Shown: piece by piece, positions 9,660 through 22,075 of the stretch
Layout: the number at the start of each line of letters is the position of its first letter
How positions within the stretch are numbered: position 1 is the first letter of the stretch
Assembly (NCBI GenBank): GCA_031835245.2
Contig: JAVKOQ020000008.1
Span: 434,001 to 467,410 of the forward strand
Length of the DNA: 33,410 nucleotides
Source: Balamuthia mandrillaris
Lineage: Eukaryota
Reading direction: 5' to 3'
Position numbers and translations under genes: made by a program
Notes under the pieces: generated by a model
Database searches by the model: none
What the model was told of the DNA's origin: nothing
What the model saw: only the letters and a program-made list of their open reading frames with translations

Positions 9660-10107
9660 TGTTCTCTTTTTCTTATTTTCTTTTTCAAAGCGTAAGAGCC
9701 AAATTTATGGTGCAGAGTTCGACAACTTTTGCCTTGGTTCAACGTACGCCCTCCTTTGGTTTTCCCTTGACCGAAGGGAAGGGACCTCCCTGTTGACACT
9801 TTGGTTGGGGTACCATGTGGCGGCATTGTTACAGCTCCAAACCTGGAGACTCGTAGTTCCCAGTCCAGGACAGGTTTGGCCCCTTTGTCAAGGTGCAGCG
9901 AGTCCAGCAAGACACGCGCCTTTCCCCATTCGGCACGCCACAAACCGAGAATCGATGCAAGGCTCTGGCCATGCATTTGTTGCGCTAGCATCTCGAAAAC
10001 AAAGAAAGAAGGAAAGAAAGAAAAAAAGAAAACAGAATTCATGCAAACTTGAACTAACAACCAAACCAAACTCTAGGGAGAGAGAGAAAAAAAAAAAAAC
10101 GCTCCTC

Positions 10108-13100
10108 TCACTGAGTCTTGGTTTGAACTTGCCGCTGAAGCTGACAAAGAAACTCATAGTAAGAGGGCAGGGTCTTGGTGCGGTCGTCCACAAAATGGCT
10201 AAAGAAGCGAATCTCGGTGGCGTCGCCCTCTCGGATGACATAGAGCTTTTGTAAGCCCGGTCGCTCCCTGCGAATGGCCTCCACGATGGCGCACACCTTC
10301 TCAGAGTATTCGTTCTCTCTTCGGTGCAGCTGCGGTTGGTAAAGGGACAAAAAAAAAGAAAAAATAAGAATGAATACTCTGAAAAAAAAATCGGCAAAGA
10401 AAGAAGGAAAAAGCAAGAAGGAAGGAGGTAAGGAAGGAAGGAAAACAAACCTCAAGTTCTTCAATAGCAGCAAGGCTGGATACGCCAAACAGTTGTTCCA
10501 GAAGCTCTCCAGGTACGGCCTTCCCTATCCACAGCAGCAAATACTGGCCGTCATCCAAAAGGAACAACCCCGATTGGTCCAACTTTTCGGTGGAGAGGTT
10601 TAATACTGGCGGTAACACCACCTTTCCATCGTTCCCTTTCACTCCACACTAGGTTGTTTTGTTTTGTAAGTTTTGGTTGGGAAGACAGACAGATAGAAAC
10701 GACAAGAGAGAAGCAAGGAAACGACGAGAGAGAGAGAGAGAGAGAGAAGAAGAAGAAGAAGAAGAACCGTACCTCTGGGGACAAATCCTTCAATGCATAC
10801 AAATGCGGATAAATGAAGGGGATGGTCATTTGCACAGACAACGTCCTCAACAGTCCAAGATGGTAGGCCCTCTCATCCGGTCGTATGTCAGAGCCTGCGC
10901 GGAAAGCCAAGTTCTTAATCAACGCCAACGTGTAGAGGGGCAGCAGCTTCAGGGACTCGGGCAGCACCAGTTGGGTGGAGGAGGTGTTGGGAGAGGCGAA
11001 GGAGCTGCGGTAGACGCTCAAGATGTCGATGCACTTGTTGAGGAGGGCTTGTCGAGTGTCACTAAGCTTCGATGTCAAAGCTTTCTCGATTGCTGTTATC
11101 ATTGACGAAAGAATAATCATAAGAATAATAACAGCAAGAAGAAGGAGAAGGAGAAGGAGAAGGAGAAGGAGAAGGAGAAGGAGAAGGAGAAGGAGAAGGA
11201 GAAGGAGAAGGAGAAGGAGAAGGAGAAGGAGAAGGAGAAGGAGAAGGAGAACAACAAACCCATTTTAGTAGTAAGAGTAACGATGGCATCCACATCAGCA
11301 AACTTGAAAAGATCGCTGAGAGAGGAAGTCACAGGCAAGCATACCGTGGCTACGCGGATGCGTCGCTCTCCGAAAGAGGTTGTGTATAGCAGGGCGTTCT
11401 GGATGGAGACATACTTGGTAGTGGTGAAGGCCTCTGCCAGTTGGAATTGTACAGCAAAGGCTTTGTCGCAGTCGACAGCAGGCAAGGCCAATAGATCGGA
11501 GCTTCGAATGAAGAAGTTACCATAGTGAGATTGCACCTTTAAACCTGTATAATAAACAAGAAAGAAGTTACGTTCAGCAAAGGGTAGAAGCGAAGAAGAG
11601 CAGAATGAGAGAGCTATCCAACCTTTACTGGCCCGAATGCGCATGACAGCTTCCCAACCAGTCTCACGGGTGAGAGCGTTCTTCAGGTCCAAAGAAAACT
11701 TTTGTCCATCTTTCTGCACGGCATAGGCCGGGTAGTAGAAGGTCTGGCCACCAGTGTACCTCGACAAAGTGCTGAGCGTGGCCACATCAGTGTATTGAGG
11801 GGAGAACAGAAAAGTGTCCACTGAGATTTGCTGCCGCGAGCAATCTAGAGCAAAGTCCTTGTAGAAGTTCTCCTCTGGCTTCAGGAGATTAACCTCCTTG
11901 TCGGTGCCCAAGAGCTTGGTATCTTCTCGCTGCTTCAAACGGGCAAAACCGAGAGATGGCAGCTTGCTCAGGAAAAGCATCATCTTACCTCCGATCGGGC
12001 GCTGTTTTCATTGTGATTTTGGTTCATATATTGTGGTCAATTACAAACTGAAGACAAGAGGAAACACACGAAGGTTTAAGGACTAACCATGATATTCCAA
12101 ACGGCCTTGAGCGCAGGGCCAAGAGCAGATTCGACATTGTTGGTATTGGCGTGCATGGAGGGCAAGCGGGCAAGAAGCGAGTCCACCACCTCTCTCGATT
12201 CCTTTAGGTTGACCAACATGTCATCTGGCAAAGGGAGGAAAACGTCCTCAATGTCAGACACAACCAACATTCTTGGTTGTGTCAGAGAAGACTGTTTTTT
12301 TTAACAGATTTTAATAACCAGGAAAAAAAGAGATCAGTGATTGTTTAACAAAGAGGATAGAGGAAGGAGAATAAAGAAGAAAGATAGAAACCTTCAAGTT
12401 GTAAAAATGAATAGTGCTGTCAAAGGTTACGAAGCCAACATAAGTCCTGTCATTATCAGGCAGGCTATCGAGGGTGCTCTGGATGCTCTCCACACAGGTC
12501 TTCAACATGCCCGAGGAAATGCTATAATAGGAGACGTCGATGACGAAGAAGTAGGTGGGTGGCATGGGGCGCCTGACCATATACTCCGAAGGCGCCACAA
12601 ACTCCACGCAGCCCTTGCTCAGTTCAGGTCTTTCGTTTTGGTCCAATCGTCTCAGGCCGGTTTTGTCCATTTCACAAAAGTATCCCGTTGGAACTGTAGT
12701 TGTTATATTTTGTTTTTAAGAAAAAAAAAAACACGTTTCATGTTAGAAAAAGAAGCGCTAAGGGAAAAAAAAAGAGGGAGAGCGAATAAAGTACCTTCGT
12801 TAGGAAGACCACAAAGGTTGCAACGCCACCTTCTACCAGCATCAATGAATTGGACAAAGGGATTGATGTAAGCCCTGCAATTGCGGCAACGTAGAATGCC
12901 AATTGATCCAAAGTTGACCACAGGAACCTCCTCTCCGTGAGAGAGAGGCTGCACGACAGCTCCCAAAGGAATGCCAGCCTTGGTCAGCATGGCAGGAGAG
13001 TTGGGGATAGCGTTGATGGACATGCGCATGAAGGTGGAGGGACATTGCGACTCTGCTCTCGGCTTAAGCTCATCTTCCTGCCCCAAGGGACGCATTTGTT

Positions 13101-14103
13101 GTTGGAATTGCTGTTGTTGGTACTGTTGTTGCTGATAAGGCTGTTGCTGCTGCTGGAACGGAGGAAATTGTTGTGGTTGGTATTGCTGCTGTTGTGTATA
13201 TTGTTGTTGAGAAGAATTTCTAAACGGGTCCATTACAGGCGGTGCTCCTCCACCGTAGGGATAAGCGCCTTGCTGTTGCCCAGAAGGAGGATAGGCTCCA
13301 TACGAGGAAGGAGCTTGTTGTGTTTGTTGCTGGAGGGAGAGGTTTTGAAGCTGGGCGGTGGTAGCATCCATGCCTCCGCCATAGCCTCCTTCGCCGCCTC
13401 CACCCTCAGGATCAGGGTAATAGCGTGGCCCTTGGTTGTGATGAGGAAGAGTTGTGGAGGGAGCAGTGGAAGATGAGGGGTTAAATGCAGGAGTGAGATA
13501 AGGAGAAGTGGTAGTCCACGTGGAAGTAGAAGAGGATGAAGAAGAAGAGGACGAGGAAGAACTAGGAGGCGGCGAAGAGAAGGACGCAGAGGAAGGACCG
13601 TTAGAAGAAGGAAGGCCTCCACCAGAAGGAGGAGGAGCAGCGCCATGGAAAGAACCTGGGTTAAAGCCAGAGACACCGCTCACAGGTCCCCCAGTAGCAC
13701 CCGGAAGAGGAGGGCCTCCTGAAGAAGAAGAAGGCGGTGTTGAAGGGGAGGCCAGGGGAGGTCCCTGTTGGTGTTGATGTTGGTGTTGTTGCAATGGTGG
13801 TGGAAATCTTCCTGAGGAGGAGGAACCAGGAAAGGAAGAAGGCGCAGCGGATGTTAGCTGCGGCGAAGAGGTGGAGGAGCCATACGGAAAAGGAGTAGTA
13901 GATGCAGATGGAGGAGGATCAGCAGTGGGAGTGTATTGCTGGAAAGGAGGTTGAGAAGAGGGAGGATAACCTGCACCAGGATAAAAGTTGGTGGGTTGTT
14001 GTGGGGGAACTTGACCGTAAGGATTGGTGGTGGTGGTGGCTGCACCTGTGGGAGCACCTCCAGTGATGCCCTCATGGCCTGGGTACACTCGTCGTTTGCT
14101 CAT
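10108..14103 (-). CDS. SEC24: COPII coat cargo adaptor Sec24 (Sec24A/B-like), 8 exons
   Basis: Pro/Gln-rich N-terminus; zinc finger RCRNCRAYINPF..WRCNLC; trunk RPELSKGCVEFVAPSEYMVRRPMPPTYFFVIDVS; GWEAVMRIRAS; ALLYTTSFGERRIRV; gelsolin-like LFLLDDG; end SYYEFLCQLQRQV. Exons 14103-12795, 12693-12392, 12291-12088, 12001-11623, 11544-11260, 11092-10773, 10648-10451, 10329-10108. Confidence 0.96.
11140..11250. repeat. (GAAGGA)n hexamer repeat in a SEC24 intron
   Basis: Seen directly. Confidence 0.92.
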
Positions 14104-14663
14104 CTTGTTTTATTATTTTGCCTAGTAGAAAATATCGAAAAAAAAAGAATGAGCGTCAAACTTGCCAACAACAAGCAAAATAAAATCATCATCTCATTCC
14201 TCTCGTAAGAAGGATGGAAGAAAAAAAAAAGGCAGAGAAGGAAAGGGAGAACACTCACTCAGTGTTACTTTTTTTTTTTTGAACAAAAGAGGATCAGAGC
14301 AGCAATCCAATCCAATCCAAACGAAACAAAATAATAGCTTGGCTAAGGGAAGGTGAGGCGATCCCCTTTTTGGGTTTGGTGTGAGTTCTCTCGCTTTCTC
14401 TCTCTTTCTCTCACTACGTTTTTTGTTTTTTTTTTTGCTCAGCAAGCACCCAAAAAAAAAAAAGAAAAACCCAAAAAAAAAAATCGAAATTTGTTCAGTT
14501 TGGGTTTGTGCGGCCTACGTGGCGTTGGTTGTCGACGAAAATTCGTTCCCTTCTTATTTGTGTCGACCGACACTCAAAAAAAAAAAAAATGAATCTCGTG
14601 TCTCTTGGTGCAGCTGCAAAAACCAAAAAACGAAACTGGCTGGGTGGGTTGGACCGGACAGCA

Positions 14664-17425
14664 ATGGCGAACAGACAGCGACGAGGGTCCTCGAGGTTGC
14701 TGACGTTCGCCTTGGGCATACTTTGCGGCGGCCTCTGTTCCTTCTTCCTGTTCCTCTGGCCATCCATCCCGCAGCCACAAGGGTTTGAGCTTGAGCGGTT
14801 CACGGCCTCAGAACGCACGCAAATGCACAGCCCTTCGTTCTCCTCCACTCCTCCTTCTTCGGGAATGCTGGCACAACCAGGATTGGACGCAGGCGGAAGC
14901 TTGTGGTTTCCCCACTCGAAGGAGCCAGAGATCTCTGTGGTAATGTTGTACAAGGGTCGGGTTGGAACAACCTTCAAGGCTCTCCAAAGTATCCTCAACA
15001 CAACCCCAGCTCATTTGTCTTACGAGGTGATCCTTGTTGACGACTTCACCACCGAAGAGGACGAAAACGAGGGTGTTCCTGCGGATTGGCTTCACAAGAA
15101 CGTTCACGGCGTGAAGCACCTCCGCAACGACCGAAACCTGGGGTATCTCCTTGCGTACAACAAGGCTTTCATTCACGTCCATCCTCAGGCTCGCTACTTG
15201 GCGCTTCTCAACAACGATCTGGTGTTACTTCCCGGCTGGATGGAAGCAATGAGAAGCACCTTTCGGAAGCACGCAAACGTGGGGTTGGTCGGCAGCAAAT
15301 TGTTGCACGCTTCAGAAAGCAAAAAGGGAACTCGCTTGCTGCAGGAGGCCTGTAGCATCGTCTGGTCTGATGGCACTGGCTGCAACTACGGCTACAACAA
15401 TGACCCAAATCTTCCAGAATACAACTACGTGCGAGACGCAGACTATTGCTCTACAGCGGCCGTCATGATAGATACAGCGCCCCTGTTCAAGGCTGGGCAG
15501 CTCTTTGACACTCGTTACGTTCCTGCTTACTTCGAGGATACTGACCTCAACTTTGACCTCCGCAATAGACAGGGGCTTAGAGTGCTGTTCCAACCAGACG
15601 CAGTGGCCATTCATCACCAAGGACTCACCAACGGGAACAACCCTTCCGATCACAGCTCCATCAAACGTTACCAAGACATCAACCGAGACAGGTTCGTGGA
15701 GAAGTGGCGGGAGGTGCTGGAACGAGACCATCTGCCCAGCTTCTGTAGCATTGCTTCGACCTGCCATCTTGGCAGGGATCGCTCGGTTTTGCGAGGCAGC
15801 GGGACTGGTGGGAATGGCACCATGGAAGGCCTGCGGGTGCTTGTCATTGACTATCAGGTTCCTACGCCGGACAGGGACACTGGCTCTCTGCGCATCTCAG
15901 AGATCATCTCCATCTTGCAGGAAGAGGGATGTGCAGTGACCTTTGCGGCTGAGGACATTAGCTATGAAAACCGCTACACCAGGTTGTTGGAGCAACGCGG
16001 CGTGCAAGTCCTGCAGCTGCCTTTCCATGGCATCAACGAACGACACCGTGAGGTCCACCCCTACTTTGATATAGTGGTCCTCAGTCGCAGAGATGTCTTC
16101 GCAAAGCACTATGACCCTGTGAGGCAGGTCTATCCAGAAGCACAGCTGTGGTTTGACACAATGGACCTCCATTTCGTCCGTGAAGCTCGAGCGCTGCAGC
16201 CCCTTAGCTTGGAATGGGGTTGGCAAAAAGTGATGGATAATCCGCTAGCGGTGCAAGAGCTCGTGGCCATAAAGGATATGGCCGATTTGACCTTTGTGGT
16301 GAGTACATATGAGTATGAGCTGCTTATCAAGGAGTTCCAAGTGCCAGAAGCCAAGGTTATGATACTGTCATTGATTAACGAGGTACGACCTTCTTCATCT
16401 CCTTTACTGACGTCTTCGTTCTTTTTGCTCTTCTTGTTCTTGTTCTTGTTCTTCTTGTTCTTCTTGTTCTTCTTGTTCTTCTTGTTCTTCTTCTGTATTC
16501 TTCTTGTTCTTCTTGTTCTTCTTCTTGTTCTTCTGTATTCTTCTTCTTCTCGTCCGTCGTTAACACCACCCCGTTGCATACACAGGAGAAGGTTTCACAA
16601 CCAACCTTTAAAGAGCGGACCGGCCTGATATACGTTGCAAGCTATAACCACTGGCCCAATGTTGACGCCATTGCATGGTACTTGCGCGACGTTCACCCCC
16701 TGGTGCGCCGCTGCCTTCCTCCAGAGTCCGAGGAGAAAGAGGGCACCTTGATGATCGTGGGCAGCCCCGTCCACCCTGCCAAGCTGCCCGGTTGGGTCAT
16801 CCACCACCAGCCCCCTCTGGACGAAGCTGAGGAGAAGCGGCAGATGCAGGAAGAACAGGAAAAACTGAGGTTAACGAAAGGAAGAAAAAGAAACCCAACG
16901 GCTGAAGATATAGCAGCAGGTCAGGCTACCTTCGAGGCAGAGCACACAGGATGGAGCACACGCAAAGACGGCTACGCATTGCTGGGCTTTGTCGAGGACA
17001 CTGACCCGCTCTATGACCGCGCGAGGCTGAGCATCGCGCCGCTACGTTTTGGAGCCGGGGTGAAGGGCAAGGTCAGCCAGAGCATGGCCAAGGGCGTGCC
17101 GGTGGTGACCACCTCCATCGGAGCGGAGGGCATGGGCCTGGTGGACGGGGAGGACGTCCTCATCGCCGACACGGCGGAGGGGTTTGCCGACAAGGTCTGT
17201 CGGCTGCACAGGCTGAGGGCCAACGGGATGAAGAAGGCGGAGGAGGCCTTCTCCAAACGGGCTGCGAGGAGGGTCTTGGCGCCATTGTTGGCGGAGGTGA
17301 GGGTGAGGGGACGGGCCTCGAGGAGGCAGGCCTTGGACGCTGCATGTCATTCGCTAAAGCGGAACCTCAGGAAGGACGAGAAGAAAAAACTAAAGATGGA
17401 GGAGAAGAAGAAGCAAACAAGATAA
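14664..17425 (+). CDS. Bifunctional GT2 + GT4 glycosyltransferase with N-terminal signal anchor, 2 exons (alternative in-frame ATG at 14589)
   Basis: TM segment LLTFALGILCGGLCSFFLFLW. GT2: YEVILVDD, YLALLNND, DYCSTA, FDTRYVPAYFEDTDL. GT4: VLVIDYQVPTPDRDTGSLR, HWPNVDAIAWY, IAPLRFGAGVKGKVSQSMAKGVPVVTTSIGAEG. Intron 16383-16585. Confidence 0.9.
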
Positions 17426-17625
17426 AAAGCTTACCAAGGAACCTCCCCTGCAGTATAGTTTTTTTTTCTCTCTCTTCCTTCTTCTTCCTGGCTAGAGCTC
17501 CCCTCTGTCCTTCCTGCTGTCTCTTATCCGCGCTCCTCTCTTCATATAACCAGCTATTTTATTTTATTTAATTGCCAGTCCCCCCCGTATTTGCCGGTGG
17601 ACACCAAGAGCAGACAAAAGAGTTC

Positions 17626-18952
17626 ATGATGATGCAGAAATCTTTGCCGCTGACTGGTTCGTCTTTCTCTTCATTTCTCTTTCTCTTTCTCTTTCGTCGT
17701 TGCACTTCCTCTTCCTCTTCCTCTTCCTCTTCCTCTTCCTCTTCCTCTTCCTCTTCCTCTTCCTCTTCCTCTTCCTCTTCCTCTTCCTCTTCCTCTTCCT
17801 CTTCCTCTTCCTCTTCCTCTTCCTCTTCCTCTTCCTCTTCCTCTTCCTTTCAAAAAAAAAAAAAAACTGATCTTGTGAAAAAAAATCTAAAGATTTTGAA
17901 AAGCAGTTGTTGCAAGAGATAAAAGCCTTTCGTGCCAACCCCACTTCTTACGCGGCCATCTTGGAGCAAACCAGGAAGCCTCACTACAGCGGTAACGTCC
18001 TGACGGTCGACCGCGTTCGCATGAGGACCGAAGAGGGCGTCGCCGCCTGCGATGAGGCCATCGCCTACTTGAAGGGCCTTCGTGGAGCGCTGCCCGAGCT
18101 GGAGCTGGAGTATGGCCTCGTGATCGCCGCCAAGGAGAGCTGCAAGGAGAACGGCAGCCAAGGCGCGTTTGACACCAACGCCGTCGAGAAGCTTTCTCAT
18201 TTGGGTGCTCTTGATGGAGGTTCGCGTCTTTTATCGTTCTCTCATTCTCTTTCCTCTCGTCCTGTCGTTCCGTTCCCTCTTCTCTGCTTCTCTGCTTCTC
18301 TCATTCTCTCTTCTCTCATTCTCGTTCTCGTTCTCTCATTCTATCTTCTCTCTTCTCTCATTCTCTTGTTCTTGTTGTTCTTGTTGTTCATCTTCTTCTT
18401 GTTGTTGTTGTTCTTCTTCTTCTTCTCTCTTCTTCTCTCGTCTTCTCTCTCTCGTCTCTCGTCTCTCTTCTGTCTCTGTTTCTCTCACTCTTTCTGGTTA
18501 TCTTTGTTCTGCGCAACAAAGGTCAGATGAGAACCCTGGGTGAGGCATGCGAGGTCTCGGCCTTTGGTGCAGGTTCCGCCAGAGACACTTTCCTCGGATG
18601 GTTGATCGGGGATGGCGACCCAGACCGCAGTTCTCGCAAGCACCTTTGCAATGCCAAGTGGAAAAAAGTCGGCGTTGCCGCTGGACCGCATGCCTCAGAG
18701 TGTGAGATGATGGTCATCGTCACTTTGGCCACTCACTTTAAGATTGATGACGAGGTTGGTAGTTTAGTTTCCTCTTTCTTCTTTCTTCTTTCTTCTTTCT
18801 TCTTCTTTCTTCTTTCTTCTTTCGTTGTTTCTCTCCTCTCTCACACACATAATGGCCTGATTTGCTTTTGTTCTTCTCTAACCGTTCTCTTTGTTTTGTA
18901 GGTCGCTAAGAAGTTGAGCTCTTTTGCTCATTTGTGGTCCACTGGCAAGTAA
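17626..18952 (+). CDS. CAP/SCP (PR-1)-like domain protein, 4 exons
   Basis: Exons 17626-17656, 17893-18219, 18522-18754 and 18902-18952. Motifs LLQEIKAFRANP, TEEGVAACDEAIAYLK, ARDTFLGWLIGDGDPDRSSRKHLCNAKWKKVGVAAGPH..MMVIVTLA. Confidence 0.78.
17706..17847. repeat. (CTCTTC)n hexamer repeat in intron 1 of the CAP-like gene
   Basis: Seen directly. Confidence 0.92.
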
Positions 18953-19051
18953 AGACACATTTGTAACAAATAGCAATCGTTTGTAGCATTAAACAAATGT
19001 ATTCACAGCTAGAAAATAACGACATACTTTCATTCAACAGAAGCCCGTTCT

Positions 19052-20886
19052 TCACAAGCTTCCTCCTTTGTTCTTGTCTTCTTCTCTTCTAAAACATACT
19101 TTCCTGCAAGATCACAAACAACCAACATTAGAACAACATAAACAAACACAATAAAAGGTGGAGAGCAACTTACCAAGAGGGCGAAAAGCTGCTCATTCGA
19201 ATGGTGCAATCTCTCGCTTCCTTTTGAGGAGTTACTGGTAACTTCAACATGTTTCTGGATTTCAACAATGGAACTAATCTACTGTCCACTTCCTTCTCCT
19301 TCTCTTTTGTTGCTTCTTTCCCTTTGGCGCTCGCCTCGGCCTCTGCTCTTTCCATCTCTGTTACAAACTCTTCTTCGAAAATAGGGATAGCCCCTCGCTC
19401 GATGGCTCTCTTGTAGCCAACGCTGTTGACGCTGGTTTGGGCGGCGATGAGGTGAGTCACTTTACGATTCTGAGAGGCGGCCACTTGGCCTCCTCTCTCT
19501 TCGATAAATTCTCTGGCCTTCAGTCTGCTTAGTTGTTTGTGTTTGCCAACAAACAAGTACGTTCTTCCTGAATATTCTCCACTCTTTCCTTCTTCCTCTT
19601 CTTCCTCTGCTTCGCCTTTCTCTTTTACTTCTTCTTTCTCGTTTTCGTCAGTCTTGCAAGAACAAGTCGTTTCTTGTTGTTCTTTAGGTTCTTCTTCTTC
19701 TTGGTTGCTGTTTTGGCTGCCGAAAAGCGACTCGACGGCAGCAAAGATGGCATCAATGTCGACATCGTCATCCAACTCTTTGTCAGGATCGCAGACAATG
19801 CTTTCATCAAGTGTGCTTTGGTTCACTTCTGCCTCTGCTTTTGTTGTTTCTTGTGTTTTGCGTCCTTTTTTCTTGTTGTCTCTTTGCTTTGGTTTCTTGA
19901 TGTTCTTCTTTTTGTCGGATTTTTCCTGTTTTGTTGTGTTCTTCTTTCGCTTTTTCTCCTTTTCCTTCTGTTGCTTCTTGTCCTTCTTTTCTTCAATCGC
20001 ATGCTTCTTTCTCTTGTTCGTCTTCCTGTCCTTCTCTTCTGTTTCTTCTTTGCTTTTCGGAATCTCGCTAAACGTCAACATAGACATCAATTGGCTCTCG
20101 CTCAGAATCGATTTCTTCCAAAGCATTGCTTGTTTGTAGTTCTTCGTCATGTTATCTTCTTCTTCTTCATCATCATCTTCTTCCTGTTCATTGTCTTTGG
20201 TTGTTTTCTTGTGTTTCTTACTCCCATTGAATTCGTGATTGCTTAGCAAGTGTGTCGCCTAACAACAAAAGAAAAAACGATGACAAGGGAGATCAGATGG
20301 CAAAAGTCAAAACACAAAGTAAAAAAAAAGGGAGGAGCTTCTACTTTTTTCGTGAAGCGTGAGAGCACTTCTCCGCCTTTCTCACGAATGAGTTTGACGA
20401 CCTCTTTTCTCTCTCGTTGAAACCGACCATCCAAACCAAATATCTGTTGTTTAAATCAATAGAGCGATAAGCAAGCAACAAACTTTTCAAAGAAGAATAA
20501 GAAGAAGAAGAAGAAGAATAATAATAATAATAATAAGAAGAAGAAGAAGAAGAACAAGAATAAGGACAAGAAGAAGAAGAAGAAGAATAATAATAATAAG
20601 AAGAAGAACAAGAAATAAAGATGAACAGAGAAGAACGTTTAATTACCATTCCTTCCAATGGCCGTTCCGTGTTGTCCGACCCATCCTTGCGTTGTATCAC
20701 AAACGATAACCGCCTTGCCAAGTTCGACAACGCCTGGCCCTTTTTGGTTTTCTTGCGGTTGGGCGTGTAGACGCCGACCTCCCCGACAGCTGCCTTTCCT
20801 TTTCCGCCGCGTTTTTCGGCCGAACGCAGGGCATCGTCATTATCTTCCGCCTCGTCGACGCTCTCGTTTCTTCTCCTCTTCCCCAT
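19052..20886 (-). CDS. Protein with two BRCT domains separated by a Lys/Glu-rich linker, 4 exons
   Basis: Exons 20886-20647, 20443-20345, 20258-19174 and 19103-19052. BRCT1 PLEGM-IFGLDGRFQRERKEVVKLIREKGGEVLSRFTKK-ATHLL. BRCT2 YSGRTYLFVGKHKQLSRLKAREFIEERGGQVAASQNRKVTHLIA..YKRAIERG. Confidence 0.82.
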
Positions 20887-21033
20887 GACGTTGAGGCTTG
20901 GCGGGCCGCTCTGGCTTTTACTTTTTTTTGCAGGTTATCCGTTTTGTTTTGTTGTTGCAAGTCACCAAATTTTGAGGGTAAAACGAATTCCATGTCGGCA
21001 GGGGAAAAAAAAAAGGTCTTTTGGGAGGAAAAG

Positions 21034-21046
21034 TTTTGGCGGGAAA
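21034..21046 (-). promoter_or_regulatory. Putative E2F binding site ~150 bp upstream of the BRCT gene ATG
   Basis: TTTTGGCGGGAAA (TTTCCCGCCAAAA on -) matches the E2F consensus. It is a short motif and could occur by chance. Confidence 0.4.
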
Positions 21047-21070
21047 CTTCGCGATGACTCCCCAGGGAAA

Positions 21071-21569
21071 ATGTCGACAACAAATTCCCTATTTAATGTC
21101 GACACAAGTATGTTCGACCCCTCTGACAAGGAGGATGAGGAGTCGTTGGAGTGCACTCCCGTCGTCGACATTAAATCTTCGGAGGAAAAAAAGAAAAAAA
21201 AGAGTAGCAAAACGGTAGACAAGGCGCCCCCTCAACGACTCGCACCGAAAAAGTAGAGTAGCGGCCGAGGGATTTCTTCTTCTGCTGCTTTACGTTCTTC
21301 TTGGTACTCTCTCTCCATCCTCAACATCGATCCAAGGTTTGATGGTTGTTGGTTGAGGTCCAGCGGTTCAGAGGAGCTTGGGCTGAGAATTATTATTTCG
21401 TGTTAACGCGGTGAAGCAGTGCGGTAAGCATTTTTTTTTCTGTTTTTTTTTTTGTGGTTGTGGGCGTGTGCAGGAGTGCATGCATGCAACATGTTTCGAA
21501 ACGGTTGAGGGCGTAGGGGAGGCTATGCCGGTTTTTGAGCAGAAAACTGGCGTAGCCCGTAACGAATGA
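21071..21569 (+). pseudogene. Possible degenerate gene fragment with weak WGR-domain resemblance
   Basis: Short ORF 21071-21256, then broken frames WYSLSILNIDPRFD / WLLVEVQRFRGAWAENYYFVLTR*SSA-ECMHATCFETVEGVGEAMPVFEQKTG across a GTAAGC..TGCAG intron at 21424-21473. Confidence 0.25.
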
Positions 21570-21596
21570 ATGTAGGGGAGAAGAAGAATAGAGCCA

Positions 21597-21613
21597 ATTT
21601 TTATTTTTTATTT

Positions 21614-21649
<36 letters not shown>

Positions 21650-21679
21650 ATTTTTATTTTATTTTTATTTTTATTTTTT
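21597..21679. repeat. (TTTTTA)n AT-rich repeat upstream of the KDM1 gene
   Basis: Seen directly. Confidence 0.85.
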
Positions 21680-21869
21680 GCAGTAATTTACTGCAAAAGC
21701 GCTGGAGCTGCAAGAGACCAACTGCCGTTTTTTTTTAAACTTTATTTTTTTTCTTTTTCTTTCTCCTTTTGTTCTTTTTTTTTTGTTCTTTTTCGTTGTG
21801 TTTCCAACACCCGGACTGAAATTTTATTTTTAAGGCTAGGATTTTTGAAAAAAAAAAAAAAACAAAACA

Positions 21870-22039
21870 ATGGATCGTCGAGGAGGAGGCACAAGCCATT
21901 CCCTCAGCCGGTTGGGCAAGCGTAAACTCAGGGGTAGGCCCAAACCGCAAGTCAATTTTGCTTACTTGGAGGTATCCGACTCTGAGTTTGACTCGGAGGG
22001 AATGGCTAACCTTGATGAAGTAGCTCGTGAGTGGGGTAA

Positions 22040-22075
<36 letters not shown>

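Noticed and set aside
9436..10254. 272-aa plus-strand ORF
   Set aside because: Overlaps the antisense strands of the F-box membrane gene and SEC24 and has no recognisable motif.
21278..21440. Long hairpin followed by a T run (possible Pol III ncRNA or pre-miRNA)
   Set aside because: Pairing is patchy and depends on G-U pairs, no SRP, snRNA or snoRNA motifs were recognised, and the T run is better explained as an intron tract. An Infernal/Rfam scan would settle it.
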